Shown here one piece after another: positions 20,517 to 30,425 of a stretch of 64,000 nt of DNA (position 1 is its first letter; every line of letters starts with the position of its first letter). Under the pieces are notes generated by a model. The model was given only the letters and a program-made list of their open reading frames with translations, had not been told where the DNA came from and made no database searches. Source of the DNA: an uncultured bacterium (GTDB lineage: Bacteria; Oederibacteriota; PGYV01; CAWJRG01). A program made the position numbers and the translations under genes. The stretch lies in NCBI GenBank assembly GCA_963845185.1, contig CAWJRG010000005.1, forward strand, positions 512,001 through 576,000. Direction: 5' to 3'.

Positions 20517-22702
20517 TTAATTACTTTCTTTTTGCTTGATGTCGGCGAAAGTTGCAGTTCTCTTTTCCATATTGTAACCATACGTTGATTTTCCCTGGCC
20601 ACCCTGGCAAGCTCGGTGTCGGGCTCTTTGTCGACATAATTCTGCCACATTTCTATTGCCTCGTCCCACCAGCCCTTGCGCCTGTAAACCTCGCCCAATT
20701 TATAGTATATTTCATTTGCATCAGGGTTAAGTTCCATGACTTTATGGCATTCTGTCTCGGCCTCGTCCCACCATTCCTTTTTATAATATGCGTCAGCAAG
20801 GGAATAATGGGCCTTGTAATTTCTCGAGTCTTTTGAAATAGCCGCAATAAATGCATTTATCGCGTTATCGTACTGCCCAAGCTCGTAATAGACCGTGCCT
20901 ATGTTATTAAGCGCTTCTATATTATCGGGCTCGAGTTTGATAACTTTTTGATATTGTACAATAGCATTTTCCAAATGTCCAGTACTTCTATACGCCTTGC
21001 CTAAGTCGAAATAAATCTCGGTGTTTTTCCTTACCTCATTTGCCTTTTGTTCGAGTTTTATTATTGTTTCTGCGAAAACCGCGTCTTTTTTTTCGGCAGC
21101 TTCCAGATTTTTCTTCGCTACGGCATAATTAGGATTGATCTCGAGTGCCTTTTTAAAATATTTTTGGGCTTCGTCAAAAAAACTCTTCTTGTAAAAGGCA
21201 ACTCCCAGATTATTATATGCCTTATAATACGTTTCGTCGATTTCAACTGCGCGCTTGTATTCTTCTATTGCCCTGTCGATATCCCCCATGTTTTTATAGG
21301 CTACGCCCATGCTGTTGCGGGCAATTGAATTATTCGGATCTATGGCGAGTGTTTTTTGGTATTCTATCAAAGCCTCTTCATATCTGCCTTTGTCTGTCAG
21401 GACAAGCCCCAGATAAAGGTTAATTTCCGGTTTCTTGATATAAGGAGGCAAAATTTCCAGCGCCTTCCTGAATTCTGTTATTGCTTCTTCATATTTCATT
21501 TGCTTGTAAAAACAAAGCCCTAGGTAATAATGAGCTTTGTCGTCATAAGGCTCTTTTTCAATGCGTTTATCAAATATTTCTATCGCTTTATCTATTTTTT
21601 CTTCTTTGTATAAAAGCACGCCTTTCTCTAATTCTACCCTCGCATAATCTGGATTTTCCTCTTCAATCGCGGTCAGTACCTGCCGCGCTTTATCAAACTC
21701 TTTCATCTCCCTGTATGCGACGGCGATATTGATTTTCGGTTCGACGTAATCAGGCTCCATAGAAAGTGTTTGCTTGAAAATTTCAACAGCTTCATTCAAG
21801 AGTCCTTTCTTTATCAAAAGTTCCCCAAAAAAATTATAATATTGCGGATTTTTCTTATTGTATGTTATGGTTTTCTTTATTTCTTTAATGGATTCGTCTA
21901 TATAGCCTTTTAGTTTATAGATGCGGGCAAGATTAAAATAAGCTTCTTCCTTTCTTTCTTCGTTCATATTTTCAACAATCGTTTCGCGTTTGGGCACATT
22001 GCTCTCGTAATAATCAATTACAAGACTTTTATCCGCTTGGGTAAATGACGGATTTAATTCAACTGCCCTTTTAAAACACATTTCCGCCTGTTCGTCTTTA
22101 CCGGTTTCTCCATAAACAAAACTCAGATTATAATAAGCAGTAGCATATTCTTTGTTCAGACTTATTGCGGTTTTTAATTCCATTTCAGCTTCGTCGTAGC
22201 GGCCTTCCTTGTAAAGTACTTCCCCCATGTTATTTCTCAATTCGGGGTAATTTGGGAATTTGTTCAAAGCAGTCCTGAAAACTTCTTCCGCCTTTTCATA
22301 TTCTCCCTTATTTTTATAAATAACTCCGAGAAGGTTTTGACCAAGAAGGTGTTCTTCGTTAAGATGAAGCGTTTTATTAAGTTCTAAAATAGCGTCGTTA
22401 TATTCACCGGTATATTTCAGTGCATTTGCAAGATTAAAATGCGCTTCTGCGTCATCAGGGTAAAACTGTATTGCTTTTTTATAGGCAAGTATTGCCCTGT
22501 CGTATATGCCCGTATGTTTGTTAACTGCTTTTAAATTTTCTCTTGCCTGCTTGTAAGCGGAATTCATTTCAATTGCTGTTTTAAATTCTTCTATTGCCTC
22601 CTGATACATTCCTTTGGAATAATAATATACCCCGAGATTGTTATGCGAGACTGCGTTGTCTTCTCTGGTTGATTCGGTTGTTTCCTTGCTTCCATCTGCC
22701 AT
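20513..22702 (-). CDS. Large all-TPR protein (729 aa)
   Basis: Continuous 34-aa TPR units (NNLG..Y...G...EA...F..A). Confidence 0.9.
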   Translation of the reverse strand: MADGSKETTESTREDNAVSHNNLGVYYYSKGMYQEAIEEFKTAIEMNSAYKQARENLKAVNKHTGIYDRAILAYKKAIQFYPDDAEAHFNLANALKYTGEYNDAILELNKTLHLNEEHLLGQNLLGVIYKNKGEYEKAEEVFRTALNKFPNYPELRNNMGEVLYKEGRYDEAEMELKTAISLNKEYATAYYNLSFVYGETGKDEQAEMCFKRAVELNPSFTQADKSLVIDYYESNVPKRETIVENMNEERKEEAYFNLARIYKLKGYIDESIKEIKKTITYNKKNPQYYNFFGELLIKKGLLNEAVEIFKQTLSMEPDYVEPKINIAVAYREMKEFDKARQVLTAIEEENPDYARVELEKGVLLYKEEKIDKAIEIFDKRIEKEPYDDKAHYYLGLCFYKQMKYEEAITEFRKALEILPPYIKKPEINLYLGLVLTDKGRYEEALIEYQKTLAIDPNNSIARNSMGVAYKNMGDIDRAIEEYKRAVEIDETYYKAYNNLGVAFYKKSFFDEAQKYFKKALEINPNYAVAKKNLEAAEKKDAVFAETIIKLEQKANEVRKNTEIYFDLGKAYRSTGHLENAIVQYQKVIKLEPDNIEALNNIGTVYYELGQYDNAINAFIAAISKDSRNYKAHYSLADAYYKKEWWDEAETECHKVMELNPDANEIYYKLGEVYRRKGWWDEAIEMWQNYVDKEPDTELARVARENQRMVTIWKRELQLSPTSSKKKVIK

Positions 22703-22730
22703 TGCAAACCCCGTGTATTTTTATGGTTTA

Positions 22731-23333
22731 TCACGCAAACAAAAATTCCGGTTTAATAAGGGTAATAATTGATTCTTTGTCTTTGATTATTCCAGCAATA
22801 TATTTTTGCTCGTCTGTAAGCGTATTTTTGTTTATATTCTCAAAACTTGAATTTTCAAAATTTTTTACCGAAATAACCCTGTCCACTATTATACCAATAT
22901 TTTTTTCTTTGAATTCAAATATTATTATTCTTGTTTCATCGGTGATCTCGTCCTCTTTGTTAAAAATTTTTTTGTTTAAACTTGCTACAGTCACGACTTC
23001 GTTTCTGATGCTTGTTATGCCCTTTATATATGCGGGCACATTGGGAAGCGGAATGATTTTTTTATATTTTATTATTTCCTTTGCAAAAATAATTTCCATT
23101 CCAAATTGTTCTTCGTTAACTTCAAAAATAACTACAAGAATGCCTTTAAGGACGCTTATAATGTCTTCTTCTTTCACGTATTGTTTTTTTACCAAAATTT
23201 TACCAAGCGGCTCAAATTCCGGTGAATTTTTTTGCTCAAATAAAGCCTCTTCAAGCTGCTCCCGTGTAATGAGTCCTGCCTGTTTAAGAAGCTCTCCTAA
23301 ACTTTTTTCCTGTTGTTTGTTAAAACTGTTCAT
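22731..23333 (-). CDS. CheW protein with N-terminal MshEN-like c-di-GMP-binding domain
   Basis: LGELLKQAGLITREQLEEALFEQK...LGKILVKKQYV, followed by CheW (GITSIRNEVV, GIIVDRV). Confidence 0.85.
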   Translation of the reverse strand: MNSFNKQQEKSLGELLKQAGLITREQLEEALFEQKNSPEFEPLGKILVKKQYVKEEDIISVLKGILVVIFEVNEEQFGMEIIFAKEIIKYKKIIPLPNVPAYIKGITSIRNEVVTVASLNKKIFNKEDEITDETRIIIFEFKEKNIGIIVDRVISVKNFENSSFENINKNTLTDEQKYIAGIIKDKESIITLIKPEFLFA

Positions 23334-23392
23334 CCATCCTCCTATACAAAATATGAATCTTATTTGAACCCGCTTCAGTCCGGAGATAAATG

Positions 23393-24571
23393 CTATGTTC
23401 CCCCTTTGTTTAGCAAAACAAGATTTTTCTTGATGATTTCATTATCCGGATTAAGCCTAAGCGATTTCGTCCAGTATTCCTTTGCTTTCTCAGCATTATG
23501 TTCTTTCATAAATATGTTACCTAGCTTATAATAAATATCCTCGCTCTCTCTTCCCATTTCAATGCTTTTTATAAAGTGCTCTTTTGCTTCATTATACATT
23601 ATTTTTTTATAATAAAGATGCCCCAGATTTTCAAAAACCGAAGCATCTTTCATGTCATATTCAAGCGCCTTTTTATACTCGTTTATTGCGTCATCAACCT
23701 GATTCTCTTCCACATAAATAAAGCCCATTGCCTTATGAGCTTCTTTATCGCCCGCATTCATTTCGATAACTTTTCTATATTCTTCTATTGCTTCTTTCTT
23801 TTTCCCTTGTTTTGCATAAATTTCTCCAAGAAGAAGATAAACTCCGCTGTTTTTGAATTTGTTTTTCTTTGCTTTTTCCAGTTCCGCTATCGCCTCGGAA
23901 TACTTACCCTGCTCAAAATACATTATCCCGAGATTGTAAGCCACTCCAGATTCTTTTGGGTTTATGGTAATTGCTGCATTATAGTGTTCTATAGCTTTAT
24001 CAAAATTCTTTAGTTCCCTGTATACGCCTCCCAGCATTGAATGTATTGCCGCATTTTTTGGATTTACCGCAAGTACTTTTTCATACTCGGCAACCGCTTT
24101 ATCATATTTTTTTTGTGTTTCGTAAACGTATGCAAGTTTAAAATGAATTTCATTATTGTCTGGTTCTTTTTCCAGAATAAAAAAATATTCTTTTTCCGCC
24201 GGTTCGAATTTATTCATTTTTACATATAAATCTGCGAGTGAATGATGTGTATTTAGATCAGCTTGGTTTATTTCAAGCGCCTTTTTATATTCGTCAAGCG
24301 CCTGGTCAAATTGCCCTTTATTTACATATAAAATCCCAAGTTTAAGCAATGCGTTGATATTTACCGGGTTTATTTTTAAAACTTTCTGGTACTCTTCTAT
24401 CGCTTTGTCAAAATCGCCTTTAAAAAAATACACTGTCGCGACATGAAAATGCACCTCGGCGTCATCCGGATTTATGGAAAGGGCCTTTTCAAATTCGCGG
24501 ATTGCGTCTGAATATCTTTTGCTCACTGTAAAAGCTAATCCTAGGTTTATGTGGTCCTGTGCACTGTCCAT
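23393..24571 (-). CDS. TPR protein (392 aa)
   Basis: About 11 tandem TPR units. Confidence 0.9.
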   Translation of the reverse strand: MDSAQDHINLGLAFTVSKRYSDAIREFEKALSINPDDAEVHFHVATVYFFKGDFDKAIEEYQKVLKINPVNINALLKLGILYVNKGQFDQALDEYKKALEINQADLNTHHSLADLYVKMNKFEPAEKEYFFILEKEPDNNEIHFKLAYVYETQKKYDKAVAEYEKVLAVNPKNAAIHSMLGGVYRELKNFDKAIEHYNAAITINPKESGVAYNLGIMYFEQGKYSEAIAELEKAKKNKFKNSGVYLLLGEIYAKQGKKKEAIEEYRKVIEMNAGDKEAHKAMGFIYVEENQVDDAINEYKKALEYDMKDASVFENLGHLYYKKIMYNEAKEHFIKSIEMGRESEDIYYKLGNIFMKEHNAEKAKEYWTKSLRLNPDNEIIKKNLVLLNKGGT

Positions 24572-24580
24572 TTATTATCC

Positions 24581-25399
24581 TTAAATTTTTTTAAAAATTC
24601 TTTCTTTGATATTTATGCATTGAAATTCGTCCCTGAAATCAAGCAGCATTGTTTCTGTCTTACCGAGTATCAATGTGCCGTTTTTCATAAGGCCGTCGTA
24701 AAAATATTTCATAACTCTTTTTTGGAGCTCACGTGTAAAATAAATTATTACATTCCTGCATAAAATAATGTCGAAAAATCTTTCCTTGAAAGGTTCCATC
24801 AAATTTAATTTTACAAATCTCAAATTTTCCTTTATTATGCCGGATATGGCATATTTACCGTTGCTACTAATAAAATATTTATTTTTCCTCTGTTTTGCCA
24901 TATTTTCCATTGTCTTTTCTTCATAAATTCCCGTCATTGCTGCATTCAAAGCCGTTTCATCTATATCGGTCGCATAAATTTCATAAGGTATTTTAGGAAG
25001 TCCCAATTTCCCTGTTGTTTCTTCCAATGATATCGCCACTGAATACGGTTCTTCCCCCGTAGAACATCCTGCGCTCCATATTTTCACAATATTATTTAAT
25101 TTTGCTTTATTTTTTAGGATTTCAGGTAAAACTGAATTTTCAAGCTCTATAAAAACTTCAGGATCCCTGAAAAACTGTGTAACATTAATTGTCAGCTTAT
25201 CAAATAATTCATTATATTCGTCTTTTTCTTTGTCAAGAATATCCACGTAACTTGAATAGCTGTTTATTTGTAAAGCCCTCATTCTTACGGCTATTCTTCT
25301 CTTTAGATAATTTTCTTTATATTGTTTAATATCAAGCCCGCGTTCTTTAAAAATTTTTTCCTTTAGCTTTTCAAAAGCCTCGTTTTCGTCCATATTCAA
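24581..25399 (-). CDS. cheR: Methyltransferase CheR
   Basis: INVTQFFRD, WSAGCSTGEEPYS, CRNVIIYF. Confidence 0.96.
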   Translation of the reverse strand: MNMDENEAFEKLKEKIFKERGLDIKQYKENYLKRRIAVRMRALQINSYSSYVDILDKEKDEYNELFDKLTINVTQFFRDPEVFIELENSVLPEILKNKAKLNNIVKIWSAGCSTGEEPYSVAISLEETTGKLGLPKIPYEIYATDIDETALNAAMTGIYEEKTMENMAKQRKNKYFISSNGKYAISGIIKENLRFVKLNLMEPFKERFFDIILCRNVIIYFTRELQKRVMKYFYDGLMKNGTLILGKTETMLLDFRDEFQCINIKERIFKKI

Positions 25400-26823
25400 T
25401 TGCTTGAAATTACGGAATTGTTAAACGCCGTTTTTCCAACATCCTCTCCTCTGTCCTTTTTATCTTCGTTGTCTATAATTTCAAGAAATATATCTACAAT
25501 AGTCTTGTCAAATTGCAAGCCTGCGCATCTTTTTAGTTCGGAAATTGCCTCCTCTTTTGATAAAGCTTTTTTATACGGTCTGTCTGACAGCATCACGGAA
25601 TAAGCATCCGCAATAGCGCATATCCTTGCGCCCAGAGGAATTTCATCGCCTTTTAGATTATCAGGATACCCGTTTCCATTAAATCGCTCATGATGATATA
25701 AAATCAGCGGCAATATTTCGTTTAAAATGGCGAGTTTATTTAGTATCTTTACGGCCTCGGTGGGATGTTTTTTAATTTCGGTAAATTCTTCTGCTGTTAA
25801 AGCTCCAGGCTTTGTTAATATTTTACTGTTGATATTTATTTTACCAATATCGTGTAAAAGCGCCGCATATCTTATTTTCTTTTTTTCTTCGTCGGTAAGG
25901 TTTAACTTGTCTGATATTTTCGCAGCATATGACATAGCTGCGATTGAATGCCCAAGTGTTTCATGATCTTTTGCATCTATCGCAAGTGCCAGCGCTTCAA
26001 TAAGCTTTTCATAATTTATCTCATTTTTGTTGAATAATTCCTGTTTTTCCACAATAACCGAAAGCTGTGCCGACAAAAACTCAGCTATGTATATTTCACT
26101 GTATTCAAAAGAAGTTTGCTTGTATAAAATAATCATTCCTGTGGTAATATTTTCACGCTGTATTGGTATTGCCGTAATAAAACCTTTGTCGACATTCTTA
26201 ATCAAAGGCGCTTTCGTTATTTCGCAATTTTTAAAGTCTTTTGAGGAAATATAGTTTATTGGCAATTTTTTTTCAATGTCATATTCAGAATATATCCCGT
26301 CGGAAAAAAACATTGAAAGTTCGCCATCATCATTTTTCGAGTAAATAATTGTTTGCTGGCTTCCAATTAGATTGGAAATATTTTTTGAAAAAATATGGTA
26401 TATATCGATGGTCGCAAATTTTTTATCCACTAAACCCAGCATATCGTACGCCGCCATTAAAGAAGCTGTTATTTTATTATAGAAAATTTTTTCTTCTTCT
26501 GCGTTTTCTAATCTTTTTTCTTTTCTTCCTGCTAATTTGAGTCTGTCTCCCAGTACTGCAAACGCCGAAAAAATAGTTATATTTATGAATAAGGCTTTCA
26601 AGTCAGGAGTTTTTACCAAAGAATAGAACGAGAAATTAAAAAAAAGATTTATAAACATGCCGTCAATCCAGCTCCTCCTCATGCTTATTGCAATTATTAT
26701 AAGACCAATTATAAGATAACTGTAATTTAAGTTGAAATTGAAAGGGTTTAAGGCTAGCACAAAAGAAATTAACCCACAGATTATAAGGAAATTATATTTT
26801 TGTCTTGATCTCATATTTACCAC
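25396..26823 (-). CDS. Membrane-anchored GAF-like/HD-GYP phosphodiesterase
   Basis: N-terminal TMs; GHS, LHDIGK, HHERFNGNGYP, IADAY, DRPYK, QFD. Confidence 0.9.
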   Translation of the reverse strand: MVNMRSRQKYNFLIICGLISFVLALNPFNFNLNYSYLIIGLIIIAISMRRSWIDGMFINLFFNFSFYSLVKTPDLKALFINITIFSAFAVLGDRLKLAGRKEKRLENAEEEKIFYNKITASLMAAYDMLGLVDKKFATIDIYHIFSKNISNLIGSQQTIIYSKNDDGELSMFFSDGIYSEYDIEKKLPINYISSKDFKNCEITKAPLIKNVDKGFITAIPIQRENITTGMIILYKQTSFEYSEIYIAEFLSAQLSVIVEKQELFNKNEINYEKLIEALALAIDAKDHETLGHSIAAMSYAAKISDKLNLTDEEKKKIRYAALLHDIGKININSKILTKPGALTAEEFTEIKKHPTEAVKILNKLAILNEILPLILYHHERFNGNGYPDNLKGDEIPLGARICAIADAYSVMLSDRPYKKALSKEEAISELKRCAGLQFDKTIVDIFLEIIDNEDKKDRGEDVGKTAFNNSVISSN

Positions 26824-26824
26824 T

Positions 26825-28021
26825 TTACTTTTGAGTCTTTACAACATCGCCGATTTTTATCGGATCTTTTTGCTTAATAACGATGCCCACCGAACTTTTC
26901 TTCATAGAATTAAGAACGACAACCTTGCCCATCTCGTCATAAAAATCATTGTTTTCTTGGTCTTGACTTTTCCTGTATACGGTTAATTTTTCTCCAGGCA
27001 ACAAGCCCTCGTCAAGGCCTTTATCCATATAAACCAAATTTTTATTATTTATTAATTCATTATTTGATGAAACTTTAATAATAAACGCTTCTATATCTAG
27101 ATTTTTTTTCCTGATTTTTCCAGTGAGTTTATTGTAATATTCTTTCAAATCCTTTCTAAATTTTATTTTCAGATTGTTGCGTATGGGTTCGTAACTTTTT
27201 TTAATTTTTACTTTATACACGTTTGCCTGATTATTTTCAGCCCTATCAATTACTTTTGCAACGCCGACAATATTTATCAATTTGCCAAGTGGGGCATCGG
27301 TAAAAGGATCGTTAATATCCTCACCGTCCTTATATATTATAAACTCGCTTCCACTTTTGGACGCCCTCCCTACAGAAATGTTTATATATGCTAGATCCTC
27401 CTGTGACATTAGCTCTTCTCCATTCATTGAATAAATTAAGCCGTCTTCCTTGAAATTATCGCTGATAAAGCCTGCCCTTTCAACCATGATATAGCCGGCT
27501 CTTTCAATTTTTCCTTTTCCTTCCGCCTCAAGGACTATGACTCCGCCGCCGCCTTCCTCCTCAGGCTGTTCAACCGAAAGCATTTCTTCTTTTTCCGGCG
27601 ATATTTCTTGAATTGGTTTCTTGTTGGTTATATATTGCTCCAGCTTTTCTGGTTCAACTTCTCCTGGGGACAATATAATTATGCCTTCTCCTTCGCCTTC
27701 ATTTTCCGTATTTTTCTCAACTATAGCAGGTGTTGCTTCGACAACTGGAGTGCTGACAGTTATAATTACTGTAGCTCCAACGGTTGATTCCGCTTGCTGG
27801 TTTGTTGATATTGCGGTGGGAGTTAAAGCAGATTTTACTTCTGCCTTTTTATCTTTTGCATTTACCGTAGTAGTTTGTTCAGGTTGCACAACAGCTTTAT
27901 TACTATTTGTAGCAATCCCCGTATCGATAAAATCGCTGTCCTGACCATAAATATTTTCACTAAAATACATAAAAATAAAACAAAGGAAAGGAATAGAAAA
28001 AACTTTAAAATATTTTTTCAT
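26825..28021 (-). CDS. Exported protein with acidic linker and FlgT-C/TsaP-like beta domains
   Basis: Signal peptide; DLAYINIS, DPFT...LG, VYMDKG..GLLPGE.L.VYR, MGKVVVL...PIKIGDVV. Confidence 0.55.
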   Translation of the reverse strand: MKKYFKVFSIPFLCFIFMYFSENIYGQDSDFIDTGIATNSNKAVVQPEQTTTVNAKDKKAEVKSALTPTAISTNQQAESTVGATVIITVSTPVVEATPAIVEKNTENEGEGEGIIILSPGEVEPEKLEQYITNKKPIQEISPEKEEMLSVEQPEEEGGGGVIVLEAEGKGKIERAGYIMVERAGFISDNFKEDGLIYSMNGEELMSQEDLAYINISVGRASKSGSEFIIYKDGEDINDPFTDAPLGKLINIVGVAKVIDRAENNQANVYKVKIKKSYEPIRNNLKIKFRKDLKEYYNKLTGKIRKKNLDIEAFIIKVSSNNELINNKNLVYMDKGLDEGLLPGEKLTVYRKSQDQENNDFYDEMGKVVVLNSMKKSSVGIVIKQKDPIKIGDVVKTQK

Positions 28022-28030
28022 TTATATTCC

Positions 28031-28426
28031 TCAATAAAATGTTTTTAATTCATTCAGCCTGTTTTTAACCTTTTCGGCATACTTGCTGTCCGGGTATTTA
28101 TCTAAAAATTCCTTATATGCTTCTTTTGTAGCCCTTATATCCATTGATGCATCGAGGGTTTTTGCCCGGAGATAATATACCATGTCCAGCATATTTGAAT
28201 TATCGTATGTATCGATGAATTTGTCTATAAGTTCAAAAGACCTTTTATATTTACCTACAAAACTGCAATAAGACGCGTTAAAAAAAAGTATTTTTTCTTT
28301 TTGTTCCTCTTGTTTGATATTTTTGTCGGTATAATTCTCAATAGCTTTGCTTACCGATTCTGCCCCCGTCACAACATAAAGTACTATAGCTATTAAAATT
28401 ACTGCAATTACTAATAATTGTTTCAC
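28031..28426 (-). CDS. Small membrane-anchored TPR-like protein (BamD/YbgF-like repeats)
   Basis: N-terminal TM; YKEFLDKYPDSKYA motif. Confidence 0.6.
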   Translation of the reverse strand: MKQLLVIAVILIAIVLYVVTGAESVSKAIENYTDKNIKQEEQKEKILFFNASYCSFVGKYKRSFELIDKFIDTYDNSNMLDMVYYLRAKTLDASMDIRATKEAYKEFLDKYPDSKYAEKVKNRLNELKTFY

Positions 28427-28470
28427 TTTTTTACCTATCCTTTTTTAAGGAATATTTATTATTATGATTA

Positions 28471-28499
28471 ATTGTAGCATTTTTAAAATATTTTGTCAA
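28471..28499 (-). promoter_or_regulatory. sigma70-type promoter of the chemosensory operon
   Basis: TTGACA-N17-TACAAT with TG extension. Confidence 0.7.
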
Positions 28500-28869
28500 T
28501 TTTTAAAAGTCTACTGTAATTTTGCTGGTTTTTCTCATTTTTCGGATTTTTTAGTTTAATTAATTAAGAAATCCCTGTTAGTATATGTTATTTCCTTATT
28601 TTAGTATTTGTCTGCCAACTTTGGCAAATTTTGATTCTTCATTACAAATTATATATATTCCTTAACTATTGGTTTTTATCATGCAATTGCTAGCCGCGTA
28701 TTATCACCCAAGCAAGCTAATCTTTTTACCTAAAAACAAATTGCCGCTTAAAATCAAAACTTGAGGTTTGTTATGTGGCTCAATTTTGTATTTTTACTCA
28801 TTAAAAAATCAACTTTTGTTTTAATAATCTTTTCTGTATTAAAGAGAATAAAATCCGAGGAATAAAATC

Positions 28870-28899
28870 TTGACAAACATTATATTTTATTGTTAGAAT
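28870..28899 (+). promoter_or_regulatory. Divergent sigma70-type promoter
   Basis: TTGACA-N18-TAGAAT with TG extension. Confidence 0.55.
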
Positions 28900-28929
28900 A
28901 CCTAAAATTCATTTTCGCGGAGGAAAACA

Positions 28930-29556
28930 GTGAAAAATAATGCATTAATAAGGTTGTTTACTATATTATTGTTAATAACGTTTTTGTTAATAGGCTGCGG
29001 TAATAAAGGCGCCCAATCCTCAAGAACATTAAATGGTTTTATAAATAGTTTTGAAACCCTGCCTTCAGATTCAGCCATAGGTGATTTCGACCTCGAGACA
29101 AACGGATATGTCAATTTAGAGCAGTCTAAAAAATACGCTACCCAGGGCAAATCTTCATGCAAGGCGGTATTTTCAGTGCCAGTTGATTTTGTTTCCACAA
29201 CGCAGGTCGCAAAAATGCAAAGTTGGATCGCCGGCATAACAATGAGCATAAATACTCTTTCCAAGCTTCCTGTTACAGACTGGTCTTTGTTTAAAAAATT
29301 TTCCGTTGATATTAGCAATCCCGATAATGTATCAAAAGATTTCTTTATCAAACTAACGGATATGCAGGGTAAAGAATATATCGCACCTCCTTTCCAACTT
29401 AAGGCAGGTAGAAACAAACTCGAAATAACACTTGAGGATGTTAAGAATGCTAGGCTTGATATTGCAAATATGGTTGCCTTTGAGCTTTATATGGATACTA
29501 AAACCGACCCAAAAGATATCACACTTTACATAGATAACATACATTTAGTGCCTTAA
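28930..29556 (+). CDS. Lipoprotein with carbohydrate-binding-module-like domain
   Basis: Lipobox LIGC; ATQGKSS, DWS.F..F..DI.NP and LYIDNIHL are typical of galactose-binding-like folds. Confidence 0.65.
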   Translation: MKNNALIRLFTILLLITFLLIGCGNKGAQSSRTLNGFINSFETLPSDSAIGDFDLETNGYVNLEQSKKYATQGKSSCKAVFSVPVDFVSTTQVAKMQSWIAGITMSINTLSKLPVTDWSLFKKFSVDISNPDNVSKDFFIKLTDMQGKEYIAPPFQLKAGRNKLEITLEDVKNARLDIANMVAFELYMDTKTDPKDITLYIDNIHLVP

Positions 29557-29564
29557 TTTTCAAT

Positions 29565-30425
29565 ATGAAAACAATATTGGATTTATTAAGAGTCAAGCAG
29601 TGGACAAAAAATCTTCTCATTTATGCCGCCCTTGTATTCACAAAAAATCTTTTTAATGGCCCTTACCTTCTAAAAACAACTATAGGCTTTATTTTGTTGT
29701 GTTTTACTGTAAGCTCGCTCTATATAATTAACGATATAAAAGATTGTAAAGAAGACCGCTACCACCCAGAAAAGAAGAAAAGGCCGATAGCCTCCGGTAA
29801 AATATCAAAAGATACGGCGATTGCAATAAGCATCATGCTGTTGCTTGTTTCTCTGCTTGTTTCCTTTCTTATTGACAGGCCTTTCTTTTTAATAATTCTA
29901 ATCTATGCAATTATGAATATGCTTTATAACATTATACTCAAACATGTCGTCATAATAGATGTATTTATAGTTGCAGCCAACTACGTTCTGCGCGCAGTAT
30001 CAGGGGCTATAATAATAAAAGTTGTTATTTCACCTTGGCTTTTAATCTGCACGTCCCTGCTTGCCTTATTTTTAATACTTGCGAAACGTAGGTACGAACT
30101 GTCGCTAAGGGACGCTGCCCGCCACAGAAAAATCCTTAAGGAATATTCAATACCGTTACTCGATGAAATGATATCTGTAGTGACGTCTTCGACTGTCATC
30201 GCTTATTCGCTTTACACTTTCACTTCGCAGACGGCTTTGAGTCACAACCTTCTTATGCTTACCATCCCTTTTGTTTTATATGGTATATTTCGTTATCTGT
30301 ACCTGATACACAAAAAAAACATGGGCGGAAGCCCCGAGATGGTGCTATTAAAGGATATTCCACTCATTATCGATATAATTTTATACGTAATTACTACAGT
30401 ATTTATAATGTATTATAAAAGATGA
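29565..30425 (+). CDS. UbiA-family decaprenyl-phosphate phosphoribosyltransferase
   Basis: RVKQWTKN, YIINDIKD...DRYHPEKKKRPIASG, KRRYE, GIFRY. Confidence 0.88.
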   Translation: MKTILDLLRVKQWTKNLLIYAALVFTKNLFNGPYLLKTTIGFILLCFTVSSLYIINDIKDCKEDRYHPEKKKRPIASGKISKDTAIAISIMLLLVSLLVSFLIDRPFFLIILIYAIMNMLYNIILKHVVIIDVFIVAANYVLRAVSGAIIIKVVISPWLLICTSLLALFLILAKRRYELSLRDAARHRKILKEYSIPLLDEMISVVTSSTVIAYSLYTFTSQTALSHNLLMLTIPFVLYGIFRYLYLIHKKNMGGSPEMVLLKDIPLIIDIILYVITTVFIMYYKR

